From Phormidesmis sp. (GTDB lineage Bacteria > Cyanobacteriota > Cyanobacteriia > Leptolyngbyales > Leptolyngbyaceae): a stretch of 64,000 nt of DNA. How positions within the stretch are numbered: position 1 is the stretch's first letter; each line of letters opens with the position of its first letter. The stretch covers positions 1,472,001 to 1,536,000 of the forward strand of contig CBDFJR010000002.1 in the NCBI GenBank assembly GCA_965248535.1, written 5' to 3'. Shown here one piece after another: positions 42,015-52,931 of the stretch. The position numbers and the translations under genes are program-made. The notes beneath the pieces are model-generated. The model was not told where the DNA came from and made no database searches. It saw only the letters and a program-made list of their open reading frames with translations.

Positions 42015-42434
42015 TCAAGTTTGAAGTTGCTGCATCAAACTCGCCCCATCGGAGACAGACCAATGTTCAGCAATCTTGCCATCTTGGATAAGATCGATGC
42101 GAATTGCGGCGAGCGAGATACTTTTGCCTGTTGGCGGCATTCCATAAAACGTTCCGCTATGGGTGCCTTGAGTCGTGATATAACTAACCACTCGATCGCC
42201 CTCCGCCACCTGCTGCACGATTTCAATTTTGATGTCAGAAAACGCGGAGAAATCAGCAAAAAACGCCTCGTGATAGCTCCGAAGCGCGTCAAAACCGAAA
42301 TTGTCTGTCCCCGGCATCGCATGATTGGTACAATCCTCTGTCCAGAAGTCCTTCAAAGCAGCAAGATTTCGATCTCTCCAAACCACTTGGACAAAATTCT
42401 GAATCAATTGCTTTATTTCATCTGCATCGATCAT
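42015..42434 (-). CDS. SnoaL-like ester cyclase (NTF2 fold)
   Basis: VAEGDRVV...GTHSGTFYGMPPTGK...DGKIAEHW. Confidence 0.88.
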   Translation of the reverse strand: MIDADEIKQLIQNFVQVVWRDRNLAALKDFWTEDCTNHAMPGTDNFGFDALRSYHEAFFADFSAFSDIKIEIVQQVAEGDRVVSYITTQGTHSGTFYGMPPTGKSISLAAIRIDLIQDGKIAEHWSVSDGASLMQQLQT

Positions 42435-42502
42435 CCGCTTTCCTCCATCGAATAGTTCTTCATCGGACAGTATAAATCTTGGTCAATGGCTGTGAAACTC
42501 TG

Positions 42503-43303
42503 ATGAAAAAATTCGCATTTTGGTATGACGGAAATTTAATTGACGGCAGAAAGCTGGAACTGGCGATCGACGATCCCGCCCTGATTTACGGAGCCACTGT
42601 TTTCACGACTCTGCGCGTTTATCAATCGCTTGATCATCCGCTTACAAACTGGACAGAGCATTTAAATCGACTGCGATCGAGTCTAGAAGCCTTTCAGTGG
42701 TCACCGCCAGATTGGGCACGAACTCGGCAAGGAGCAGACTTATTAGCCGAGCAATTTCCCGTGCTCAGAATCGTGATTTTCCCCGATGGGCGCGAGTGGA
42801 TCACTGGGCGTTTTTTGCCATCCGATCTAGCCCAACGTCAGCAAACCGGAATTATTGCCTGGGTTGCCGATGCTCAGGGGCAGCGATCGCTCCCTAATCA
42901 CAAAACCGGAAACTATCTCGCTCCGTGGTTGGCCCTTCAGCAAGCACAGCGATCGGGCGCACAAGAAGCCATTCTCACTGACAAAACAGGCAACTGGCTC
43001 GAAACCAGCACCGGAAACCTCTGGGGTTGGCGAAACGGATCTTGGCACACGCCGCCCCTCGCAGCAGGAATTCTCCCTGGAATTTTGAGAAATCAACTCA
43101 TCCACAAACTGAAGTGGCAGAATGAAGAAGTCATCGAAAAACCCTGGAACGCTGAATTAATCGAGACGTTTGCGGCGATCGCTTACACCAATTGCGTGAT
43201 AGAAGTCATTCCCATTCACACAATTCTGAGAGATGCCGACTCACGACTCTATGACCCAGCCCATCAGAGTTTTCAGAAACTGAAGAGGCTTTTCTTCACC
43301 TAA
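42503..43303 (+). CDS. Class IV aminotransferase (4-amino-4-deoxychorismate lyase-like)
   Basis: YGATVFTTLR, HLNRL, HKTGNY PLP lysine, ETSTGNL, ILPGILR. Confidence 0.88.
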   Translation: MKKFAFWYDGNLIDGRKLELAIDDPALIYGATVFTTLRVYQSLDHPLTNWTEHLNRLRSSLEAFQWSPPDWARTRQGADLLAEQFPVLRIVIFPDGREWITGRFLPSDLAQRQQTGIIAWVADAQGQRSLPNHKTGNYLAPWLALQQAQRSGAQEAILTDKTGNWLETSTGNLWGWRNGSWHTPPLAAGILPGILRNQLIHKLKWQNEEVIEKPWNAELIETFAAIAYTNCVIEVIPIHTILRDADSRLYDPAHQSFQKLKRLFFT

Positions 43304-43393
43304 TGCCTCAGAGGATTCTCAGAGTGAGTTAATATTAATTAACATAAAAAACTGAGATTCTCTTCATCCCTAACGCTAGGAGGACTATCGCTG

Positions 43394-45232
43394 GTGAACA
43401 AACGCTGGAGAAACGCAGGACTGTACGCGCTCCTGGCAATCGTTGTCATTGCATTGGCAACCGCATTTTTTGACAAACAGCCCGCCCCAGGCACCACCTG
43501 GCGCTATAGCCAATTTGTCCAAGAAGTTCAAAGTAATAAAGTCGAGAAGGTCAGCATTAGCGCCGATCGCAGCATCGCACGGGCGCAGCTTCAAGATGGC
43601 ACCTATGTTCGGGTTAATCTCCCCAGTGACCCCGACCTAATCAATATCTTGATTAAGAATAATGTTGATATCTCAGTGCTGCCTCAACAAGATGAGAGTT
43701 TTTGGCTGAGAGCGCTGAGTAGCCTGTTTTTCCCCGTTTTGCTGCTGGTGGGTTTATTCTTCCTGCTGCGTCGTGCCCAAAATGGGCCGGGCAACCAAGC
43801 GATGAACTTTGGCAAATCAAAAGCCAGAGTGCAAATGGAGCCACAAACTCAGGTGACCTTTGGCGATGTCGCTGGCATTGACCAAGCCAAACTAGAGCTT
43901 AATGAAGTCGTGGACTTTTTGAAAAACGCCGATCGCTTCACCGCAGTCGGTGCCAAGATTCCTAAAGGTGTGCTGCTCGTTGGCCCTCCTGGAACGGGTA
44001 AAACCCTTCTAGCCAGAGCCGTTGCGGGTGAGGCGGGCGTTCCCTTCTTCTCGATCTCTGGGTCTGAGTTTGTTGAAATGTTTGTGGGTGTGGGTGCGTC
44101 CCGCGTCCGTGACTTGTTTGAGCAAGCTAAAACCAACGCACCTTGCATCGTCTTTATTGACGAGATTGATGCGGTCGGTCGCCAACGGGGGGCTGGTTTA
44201 GGCGGCGGCAACGATGAGCGAGAGCAGACTCTCAACCAGTTGCTGACCGAGATGGATGGTTTTGAAGGCAACACTGGAATCATCATCATCGCAGCCACCA
44301 ACCGTCCTGATGTGTTGGATGCGGCGCTGCTGCGTCCGGGTCGGTTTGACCGTCAAGTGGTCGTCGATCGCCCCGATTATGCGGGTCGCCTCGAAATTCT
44401 CAACGTCCACTCTCGCGGCAAAACCTTGTCAAAAGACGTTGACCTTGAGAAAATCGCCCGTCGGACTCCTGGCTTCACGGGTGCCGATTTGTCTAACTTG
44501 TTGAACGAAGCGGCCATTCTTGCTGCTCGTCGCAACCTAACCGAAATCTCAATGGATGAAGTCAACGACGCAATCGATCGCGTCTTGGCGGGCCCTGAGA
44601 AGAAAGATCGCGTTATGAGCGAGAAGCGCAAAGAGCTAGTCGCTTATCACGAAGCGGGTCACGCCTTGGTCGGTGCTTTGATGCCCGATTACGATCCGGT
44701 GCAGAAAATCAGCATTATTCCTCGCGGTCGTGCGGGTGGCTTAACTTGGTTCACACCCAGCGAAGATCGGATGGATTCTGGTCTATACTCCCGATCGTAT
44801 CTGCAAAACCAGATGGCGGTTGCTCTGGGTGGTCGTCTGGCTGAAGAGCTTGTCTACGGCGAAGAAGAAGTGACGACTGGCGCTTCTAATGACCTTCAGC
44901 AAGTGGCACGGGTTGCCCGTCAGATGGTGACTCGGTTTGGCATGAGCGATCGTCTCGGCCCGGTGGCGCTAGGTCGTCAGCAAGGCAATATGTTTATGGG
45001 GCGCGATATCGCCTCTGAGCGTGACTTTTCTGATGAAACGGCTGCCACGATCGACGACGAGGTGCGGAGCTTGGTTGAGCAGGCTTACCGTCGCTGTAAG
45101 CAAGTGCTCGTCGAGAACCGTCACATTTTGAATCAGCTCGCTGAACTGCTGGTTGAAAAAGAAACCGTTGACGCTGAAGAACTGCAAGAACTGCTGGCGA
45201 ACAACGATGTCAAAATGGCCTCGATCGCTTAA
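43394..45232 (+). CDS. ftsH3: ATP-dependent zinc metalloprotease FtsH3
   Basis: [12 protein letters not shown]-terminus typical of cyanobacterial FtsH3, [23 protein letters not shown]. Confidence 0.95.
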   Translation: MNKRWRNAGLYALLAIVVIALATAFFDKQPAPGTTWRYSQFVQEVQSNKVEKVSISADRSIARAQLQDGTYVRVNLPSDPDLINILIKNNVDISVLPQQDESFWLRALSSLFFPVLLLVGLFFLLRRAQNGPGNQAMNFGKSKARVQMEPQTQVTFGDVAGIDQAKLELNEVVDFLKNADRFTAVGAKIPKGVLLVGPPGTGKTLLARAVAGEAGVPFFSISGSEFVEMFVGVGASRVRDLFEQAKTNAPCIVFIDEIDAVGRQRGAGLGGGNDEREQTLNQLLTEMDGFEGNTGIIIIAATNRPDVLDAALLRPGRFDRQVVVDRPDYAGRLEILNVHSRGKTLSKDVDLEKIARRTPGFTGADLSNLLNEAAILAARRNLTEISMDEVNDAIDRVLAGPEKKDRVMSEKRKELVAYHEAGHALVGALMPDYDPVQKISIIPRGRAGGLTWFTPSEDRMDSGLYSRSYLQNQMAVALGGRLAEELVYGEEEVTTGASNDLQQVARVARQMVTRFGMSDRLGPVALGRQQGNMFMGRDIASERDFSDETAATIDDEVRSLVEQAYRRCKQVLVENRHILNQLAELLVEKETVDAEELQELLANNDVKMASIA

Positions 45233-45255
45233 CCACCTTCTTGTCTAATCATCGT

Positions 45256-45292
45256 AAGAGCAGTCCAGAATTTAACTCTGGGCTGCTTTTTT
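45256..45292 (+). terminator. Terminator of ftsH3
   Basis: GAGCAGTCCAGA...TCTGGGCTGCTT stem followed by a T-run. Confidence 0.75.
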
Positions 45293-45307
45293 AATTCTGT
45301 ATTTTCG

Positions 45308-45708
45308 TCAGCCGATAAACTGACTCACGAAGGTCAGATAGCCTTGTCGTCCGCCTTTTTGTGTCCAGAGTTTGATTGAGGATTGAATGCGCTTCAGGCA
45401 AGCCACGATCGTATCAGCTTCCACGATCGGGGTGTCTGGGCAGATTTGCCAGGAAGGGTGCCAACGGTCGCCCGACCTAAGCGCCACTCACACATCTGCT
45501 GCACTGACTCCATGACTTTTTTGCTAACGCCTCGAATGGGCCGAGAACTGATCGATTTTCCTTGAGCTTCGGCACCATAGATGCGGATTAGGGCTTCGAG
45601 AGCCGTGGCTACTTCTGCATCGATTAGATCAGGGGTTTCTTTATAAACTTGAATGATGCCGAATTCGATGTTTTGCAGTACGTCTTCGTGTTCTTCTTCG
45701 ATCGCCAT
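45308..45708 (-). pseudogene. Conserved hypothetical protein split by a frameshift near 45430
   Basis: MAIEEEHEDVLQNIEF...MCEWRLGR continues in another frame as PIVEADTIVACLKRIQSSIKLWTQKGGRQGYLTFVSQFIG*. Confidence 0.7.
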
Positions 45709-45763
45709 AAAATCTCACCCCAACTGATTTTGTGAGAATTTTAATCTCTACAGATCTCTCTTA

Positions 45764-45976
45764 TTACTCTTCAATGACTTCGATTAAGGCTTCGATCGTC
45801 ACCTCAAACACCTTCGCTAGCTTAATCAGTGCTGTTGGATCAACTACAGCCATTCCTGGAGAGCGGGCATAGGTTCTAAGAGTGCTGTAAACCACTCCTG
45901 AGCGCTCAGAAACTTCTTTGATCGTCCAACCTCGTTCCTTCGCAAATTCTCGGATTCGCAATCTAACCAAACCCAT
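45764..45976 (-). CDS. XRE/Cro-like HTH regulator
   Basis: LRIREFAKERGWTIKEVSERSGVVYSTL...KLAKVFEVTIEAL. Confidence 0.88.
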   Translation of the reverse strand: MGLVRLRIREFAKERGWTIKEVSERSGVVYSTLRTYARSPGMAVVDPTALIKLAKVFEVTIEALIEVIEE

Positions 45977-46053
45977 CTTGACAATGATTTTCTCAACATA
46001 AAAATCAAAGCCTACCTCCTAGTGTAAATTATGGATGTCTGAAAATCAGTGGT

Positions 46054-46442
46054 GTGTTGGAGGAAGGCAGTATTTCTAGGCTATTGGCAGGGGAAGGAAG
46101 CGTAGGGCGTTGTGGAGAGTTACTAAAGCTGGGGCGTAGAGGCGATAATTTGACTCCCCATCATGTCCCGTCTAATGCGTACATGGTGGCTAAAGTATCA
46201 GGCTATACGCGCAATATGGGAATTGCTATTATGATGGAGCATCCCATACCAGGGGCGGGCAGTCTCCAGATTTGAGCCTTTTGTCTAGACAAGTCCTTGC
46301 TAAAGAAATTTAGGATCTGCGATCGCTCTATCGACAGGAAGGTGTTTACACAGAAACAATCAGGTGCGGGTTATGGGCAATCATTCAATTAAACCAATCG
46401 GCTTGGACTGGTGTTTTTGAAAAGGAGAAAAACCCTGTATGA
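46054..46442 (+). pseudogene. Decayed polymorphic-toxin C-terminal domain (His-rich nuclease-like)
   Basis: GDNLTPHHVPS...MEHPIPG, then a frame change to SPDLSLLSRQVLAKEI*DLRSLYRQEGVYT...VFEKEKNPV*; its TGA overlaps the ATG of the immunity gene. Confidence 0.65.
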
Positions 46443-46873
46443 GTCAAAATCCACTGATTGAGGTGCTAGCTGCGAATCGATTGCTGCGATCGCCCGATGA
46501 AGTTGCCCGATTTGAGCAAACTCTAGAAAAGCTGGCTCAAAATCCCGACCCTAAGGATTTACCTAGTCTTCACCTAATTCTGGATGATGCCTGTGAGCAA
46601 CCGGAAGTGATGTTTAGCCTGGTGCATTTTTTAGGATCTTTTGAAGTGCAGGAACAGGTGCGATCGTTTATTCAAGTGATGCCTGATTTGGTCAAACGAG
46701 CAGCAGAATGGACTGCGATTTTGCATTCTCGGATGATGAATGATGAGGTTGCGCGATCGGTGTTTGAGGAAGAGATGCAGGCTATAAATAATCAGAAACA
46801 AAGTGAAATCCACCAGTTGCTTTCGCTAGCTTCAACAAAGATTTCTTCAGGGCTGAGAACAAAAGTAGCTTGA
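46439..46873 (+). CDS. Imm30-like immunity protein
   Basis: NRLLRSPDEV..FE..L...LDDACEQPEVMFSLVHFL...AAEWTAILHSRMMN helical pattern. Confidence 0.75.
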   Translation: MSQNPLIEVLAANRLLRSPDEVARFEQTLEKLAQNPDPKDLPSLHLILDDACEQPEVMFSLVHFLGSFEVQEQVRSFIQVMPDLVKRAAEWTAILHSRMMNDEVARSVFEEEMQAINNQKQSEIHQLLSLASTKISSGLRTKVA

Positions 46874-46902
46874 TTTAATTATTACGATTGAGTTTGGAAT
46901 GG

Positions 46903-48957
46903 ATGAAAGCTCAAGAGTTACTACTACACTATATTGCTGGAGAGCGCAACTTTCGCTACGCTAACCTGCGTGGACAAAATTTTAAGGGAAGAGATTTATC
47001 TAACATCGATCTCAGCTACGCTGACATTCGAGGAACAAATTTTAATTTCGCAATCTTAAGAGGTGCAAACTTTGCACAAGTAAAGGCAGGACGACAACTT
47101 CATACCAACCTCATTTTACTCGTTATCTCTTTTTTTATAGCAATTATATTGGGAAGTATCTTAGAGCTTTCTGGAAATTCAATTATTTCAAAATATTTAA
47201 CGTATTATGCTCCTTTAAGCATAATAACACTGGTTATTCTAACAGCCCTCTCTATTTTTCTGGTTATTGTACGTCAACCATTATTTACTGTTTTACTCGC
47301 AACAATTATAACAACAGCAATTAGCGGATTCGGCTACATTTCGTCAGGGTTGGCTTCAGCAATCGCTTTAACTTTGATCCTGTCAATTGCAGGAACTTTA
47401 GGACAGGTTGCTGCAATTTCATCTGCTCTTATCGCAGAAATTGGAGCGATTGCTTTTTCAATTACTCTCCATAAATCGAGTGTCATGTCAACGATCTTAG
47501 TGACGCTTCCAATCATTAGTCTATCGCTTTATGTTAGTCATCAAGTCTTAGATGGAAATACAAATTATCCTTTCATTCGATGGGCCGCTCTTGTTTTATC
47601 TTGTGACGAGGGTAGTAAGTTTCGTCGAGCAGATTTAACAAATGCGAACTTCACCTCCGCAACACTTAAAGGAACCGATTTCAGAGGAGCAACTCTGGCA
47701 GGTGTTTCTTGGGTTGCTGCAAACTGCCTACAGGTCACTTGTATTGAAAGAGGGTACCTCACAAATCCAATAATCCGCAAGTTGGTTGTCACACTCAATG
47801 GAACAGAACAAAATTTTGACCATTTCAATTTAGAGAATGTGAACTTAAAGGAAGCCAATTTACAAGATGTCAGCCTTGTTGGCACCAATCTTAATCATGC
47901 CAACTTACAGAATGCAGATTTGTCGAGAGCAATTCTGAAGCAAACGCAACTGGAAGGGGCTGATCTGACTGGGGCGATTCTTACTGGAGCGTACATCGAA
48001 GATTGGGGCATTACTAGCACGACCAACTTGGAAAATGTGCAGTGCGAGTATATTTATATGCGAGTTCCTACCAAGGAGAACCCAAATCCCTTGCGGAAGC
48101 CGGATAATTTGCGGGAAACTTTTGCTGAGGGCGAGTTTGCTGATTTCATTCAGCCTTTCTTCGATACCCTTGACTTGTACCACAGCCAGAATGTTGACCC
48201 ACGCGCTATCTCCATCGCCTTGAGGAACCTCTCCACCAGCCATCCAGACGATAATCTGCAATTTGTGGCGATCGAGCGGCGAGGCAACAATGGCATTAAC
48301 CTCCGTTTTACCACCGCACCCAGAGCCAATAAATCTGAATTGAGCCACGAGTATTTTGCCAACTATACTCAGATCAAAAAAGAATTGCCCATCGCGGTTC
48401 AAATGCAATTAGCAGAACAGGATGCCGAAATTCGCACACTCAAGGGCACGATCGAGCAGTTTATTCAAACCGGAACTCATCAATCCACCATCCAAGCCGA
48501 AACCATTCAGGTGATTCAAGGAGAATTAGTCGTGACAGAAAACAGAGGCATCCACATCAACGCGGGCGACAATGCCAACGTTAGCGGACTAAGCAGCGGC
48601 GATGGCATCGTTAACTTGGGCACCATTAGCGGCAATGTCACGAATGCCATTAACCAGTTGCCTGAAGCCCCCGAATCGGATCAACTAAACCTCAAAGAAC
48701 TTCTCACCCAATTGCAACAGGCGATTCAAGCCGATGTTGATTTACCTGATCCAGACAAATCAGACTTACTAGAGCAGGTGCAAGCCCTAGCGGAAGTTAA
48801 GCAGACTGAAGAACCCGCAAAACGAGAAGGATTAACGCGAAAAGCGATGAAAATGTTTGATGCGACACTGAAGGGTCTTCCCGATACTGCCAAATTAGCC
48901 GAAGCTTGCAGTAAGATTTTGCCGCTGATTCTAAAAGCCCTAGGGTTTCCCGCATGA
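46903..48957 (+). CDS. Pentapeptide-repeat protein with central TM region and helical C-terminus
   Basis: ANLRG/ADLTN/ANLQN pentapeptide tracts, hydrophobic segments, LTGAYIEDWGI, RKPDN; start set at MKAQELL. Confidence 0.88.
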   Translation: MKAQELLLHYIAGERNFRYANLRGQNFKGRDLSNIDLSYADIRGTNFNFAILRGANFAQVKAGRQLHTNLILLVISFFIAIILGSILELSGNSIISKYLTYYAPLSIITLVILTALSIFLVIVRQPLFTVLLATIITTAISGFGYISSGLASAIALTLILSIAGTLGQVAAISSALIAEIGAIAFSITLHKSSVMSTILVTLPIISLSLYVSHQVLDGNTNYPFIRWAALVLSCDEGSKFRRADLTNANFTSATLKGTDFRGATLAGVSWVAANCLQVTCIERGYLTNPIIRKLVVTLNGTEQNFDHFNLENVNLKEANLQDVSLVGTNLNHANLQNADLSRAILKQTQLEGADLTGAILTGAYIEDWGITSTTNLENVQCEYIYMRVPTKENPNPLRKPDNLRETFAEGEFADFIQPFFDTLDLYHSQNVDPRAISIALRNLSTSHPDDNLQFVAIERRGNNGINLRFTTAPRANKSELSHEYFANYTQIKKELPIAVQMQLAEQDAEIRTLKGTIEQFIQTGTHQSTIQAETIQVIQGELVVTENRGIHINAGDNANVSGLSSGDGIVNLGTISGNVTNAINQLPEAPESDQLNLKELLTQLQQAIQADVDLPDPDKSDLLEQVQALAEVKQTEEPAKREGLTRKAMKMFDATLKGLPDTAKLAEACSKILPLILKALGFPA

Positions 48958-48974
48958 CAAGCAACTGCGACGGC

Positions 48975-49056
48975 AGGATAACAAATCGTTGCGGCGGCGG
49001 GATAGATATGGTTGGTGGGATGCAAAGGTTGTTTACCGCCGCTGAACTCAATCGAT
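48975..49056. repeat. Degenerate attC-like imperfect hairpin
   Basis: GATAAC-AAATCGTTGCGGCGG...CCGCCGCTGAACTCAATCG just after the gene stop; no terminal GTTRRRY. Confidence 0.4.
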
Positions 49057-49298
49057 CTTGTTCTAACTCAATGTTGGGACGGGATTGAGCATTGAAATCA
49101 CCGTGGGATTTAGGAGAAAGATACATCGAAGCACTTAACGGTTGATTCCACCTGACAGATGAGATGTGTCAAAGTGGAAATACATAAATCGTAAAATGTC
49201 GTCGCCGCTTCCTCAGCCAAGATTCACCATTTAAACTACAAAGGATCAGGGTTTGGTTAGTGCGCGATCTGAGTTCTCTCCTAGTTGCCAATTGCCTT

Positions 49299-52200
49299 AT
49301 GAACAGTCTTTTTCTCGCTCGTCTTCACAGCCCCGATCGTCCTGTGCTCGTTTTTGATGGGGCAATGGGCACCAATCTACAAGTGCAAAATCTCACCGCC
49401 GACGACTTTGGCGGAGCCGACTATGAAGGCTGTAACGAATATCTGGTGCACACCAAACCCGAAGCGGTCGAGAAAGTGCATCGAGATTTTCTGGCGGCCG
49501 GGGCAGATGTGATCGAGACGGACACCTTTGGCAGCAGTTCTTTTGTGTTGGCTGAATATGACTTAGCTGATCAAGCTTACTATCTGACCAAAACGGCCGC
49601 GGAGTTGGCGAGACGAGTGGCCGATGAGTTTTCGACCGTTGAGAAACCGCGTTTTGTGGCAGGCTCGATCGGGCCCGGCACCAAGCTCCCAACTCTAGGA
49701 AACATTGACTATGACACCCTCAAAGCCGCCTTTGCAGAACAGGCAGAAGGGCTGTATGACGGGGGCGTAGACCTGTTTTTGGTCGAGACTTGTCAAGATG
49801 TGCTGCAAATCAAAGCGGCGCTGAACGGCATTGAGCAGGTGTTTCAGAAAAAGGGCGATCGCCGTCCTCTCATGGTGTCGGTGACGATGGAGATTCAGGG
49901 CACGATGTTGGTCGGCTCAGATATCAGCGCGGTGCTGTCGATTTTGGAGCCGTACCCGATCGATATTTTGGGGTTGAACTGCGCGACGGGGCCCGATCGC
50001 ATGGCAGAACACATTAAATATCTGTCGGAGCATTCGCCCTTTATTGTCTCTTGCATTCCTAACGCGGGCTTGCCCGAAAACGTCGGCGGCCACGCTCACT
50101 ACAAGCTTACGCCGATGGAATTGAGGCTGGCGTTGGGTCGGTTTGTTGAAGATTTGGGCGTGCAGGTGATTGGGGGCTGCTGTGGCACTCGACCCGATCA
50201 TATTCAACAACTGTCCGAGGTCGCGTCAACACTAAAACCCAAAGAGCGTCCGGTTCGTAGCAATGGGCAGATAGCGGCGCGTCCGGCTTTGCATTACGTG
50301 CCGTCGGCGGCTTCGATCTATAGCGCTCAACCCTATGAGCAAGATAATTCGTTTTTGATTATTGGCGAACGGCTGAATGCCAGTGGCTCTAAAAAGTGTC
50401 GCGATTTGCTGAATGCAGAAGATTGGGATGGACTGGTGGCGTTAGCCCGATCGCAGGTCAAAGAAGGCGCACATATTCTCGATGTCAACGTCGATTATGT
50501 CGGGCGCGATGGCGTGAAAGATATGCACGAGTTGGTGTCTCGGCTCGTGACGAATGTGAATTTGCCGCTGATGCTCGACTCGACCGAGTGGGAAAAAATG
50601 GAAGCCGGACTGAAGGTGGCCGGGGGCAAATGTTTGCTCAACTCCACAAATTACGAGGATGGAGAAGAACGGTTTCTGAAAGTGTTAGAACTCGCTAAAG
50701 AATATGGAGCGGGGGTGGTGATTGGCACGATCGATGAAGATGGTATGGCGCGAACGGCGGAAAAGAAGTTCGCGATCGCGCAGCGGGCCTATCGTCAAGC
50801 CGTTGAGTTTGGCATTCCGCCCTATGAGATCTTTTTTGACACCTTAGCGTTGCCGATCTCAACCGGAATTGAGGAGGATCGTGAGAATGGCAAGGCCACG
50901 ATCGAGTCTATTCGCCTGATTCGTGACCATCTGCCGGGATGTCACATCACCCTAGGCGTTTCTAACATCTCGTTTGGCTTAAATGCGGCGGCGCGGCAAG
51001 TGTTGAATTCGACCTTTTTGCACGAAGCGACTCAGGTGGGAATGGATAGCGCCATTATCAGCGCTGCCAAGATTTTGCCGATGGCAAAGATCGCCCCAGA
51101 GCATCAAGAAATCTGTCGCAAACTGATCTACGACGAGCGGCAATTTGACGGGGATATCTGCGTCTACGATCCGCTTGGAGAGTTGACGACGATCTTTGAA
51201 GGCGCAACGACCAAGCGCGATCGGGCTGAAGACGCTAAACTCCCGATCGAGGAACGTCTCAAGCGTCACATCATCGACGGCGAACGCATCGGACTCGATG
51301 ACGCACTTAAAGTTGCGTTAGACAAATATCCACCTTTGGAGATCATCAACGTCTATCTGCTAGACGGCATGAAAACGGTCGGCGAATTATTTGGGTCAGG
51401 TCAGATGCAACTGCCGTTTGTGCTGCAATCTGCTGAAACTATGAAGTCTGCGGTCGCATTTCTAGAGCCACTGATGGAGAAGAAAGAAGCCGGACAGTCG
51501 AAGGGCGTAATGCTAATCGCAACGGTGAAAGGAGACGTTCACGACATTGGTAAGAACTTGGTAGATATCATTCTCACCAACAATGGCTATAAAGTGATCA
51601 ATCTGGGAATTAAACAGTCTGTAGACAAGATTATTGATGCTTATATGGAACACAACGCTGATTGCATTGCGATGAGCGGCTTATTGGTGAAGTCAACGGC
51701 TTTCATGAAAGAAAATCTGGCTATCTTTTAACGAAAAAGGGATCACAGTGCCAGTGATTTTAGGCGGTGCAGCACTAACGCCAAAGTTTGTCTCTGAAGA
51801 TTGTCAAAAAACCTACAACGGCCGAGTGATCTACGGCAAAGATGCATTCTCTGATCTCCACTTTATGGATAAGTTTATGCCTGCTAAGCATAATGGCGAG
51901 TGGAGTGATCTGAAAGGTTTCTTGAATGAAGAATCTACAACCGAGTTAATCGAACCTGCTACGAATGAAAAAACGGTAGATTTAACGGAGACTAGCTCTG
52001 AACTGTTGCCGGAGGACTTGGCCCGATCGGAGTCGATCGATCCCAATATTTCTCGCCCTACGCCGCCTTTCTGGGGCACCCAGATCCTGCAACCGTCTGA
52101 TCTCCCGTGGGATGAACTGTTTTGGCATTTAGACTTGCAGGCATTGATTGCGGGACAGTGGCAGTTTCGTAAACCACGAGAGCAGTCTCGCGAAGATTAT

Positions 52201-52857
52201 GACCAATTTCTAGCCGAAAAAGTCTACCCAATTCTCGAAACCTGGAAGCGTCGCATTGTTGAGGAAAATTTGCTGCATCCTCAAGCAATTTATGGCTATT
52301 TTCCCTGTCAGTCAGAAGGCAACTCGCTATATCTCTATGATCCAGAGAATACGAAGGAGCAAGTGGCGGAATTTAAGTTTCCCCGTCAGCGATCGCTGCG
52401 TCGCTATTGCATTGCTGACTTCTTTGCATCGAAAGAATCGGGGCAATTTGATGTCTTCCCGATGCAGGCGGTGACAATGGGCGAAGTCGCCACCCAGTTT
52501 GCAAAAACGCTGTTTGAGGCGAATAATTACACCGATTATCTCTACTTTCACGGCATGGCGGTTTCGATGGCAGAAGCCCTTGCTGAGTGGATTCACGCTC
52601 GAATTCGCCGCGAGTTGGGTTTTGGTGACGCAGACCCCGACAACATCCGCGATATTTTGGCACAACGCTATCAGGGTTCTCGCTATAGCTTTGGCTATCC
52701 GGCGTGTCCCAACATTCACGATCAATATAAACTGCTGGAATTGTTGGGGAGCGATCGCTTAAATCTGCACATGGATGAGAGTGAACAACTCTATCCCGAA
52801 CAGTCAACAACGGCGATCATCGCCTATCACCCGGCAGCGAAATATTTCAGCGCGTAG
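49299..52857 (+). CDS. metH: B12-dependent methionine synthase with a one-base frameshift at 51726-51729
   Basis: [42 protein letters not shown], then VILGGAAL and [10 protein letters not shown] in the +1 frame; removing one T gives [19 protein letters not shown]. Confidence 0.93.
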
Positions 52858-52931
52858 GAATTTAAGTTACAGAATTAATTAGGCGAGGTGTGAGCAATTG
52901 CATCTCGCTTATTATTTAGGGAGTCTCGATC

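Noticed and set aside
49059..49098. GTTCTAACTCAAT...ATTGAGCATTGAAAT, resembling a CRISPR repeat
   Set aside because: Single copy with no spacer-repeat periodicity and no cas genes in the window
48726..49126. Minus-strand ORFs of 99 and 109 aa
   Set aside because: They overlap the pentapeptide gene end and the hairpin, with no protein-like features
48960..49298. Cobalamin or SAM riboswitch upstream of metH
   Set aside because: No B12-box or conserved GGGAA/GCCACTG elements and no SAM motif recognised
51715..51735. prfB-type programmed +1 frameshift in metH
   Set aside because: No internal Shine-Dalgarno just upstream, and a homopolymer error is simpler; kept only as a caveat in the findings
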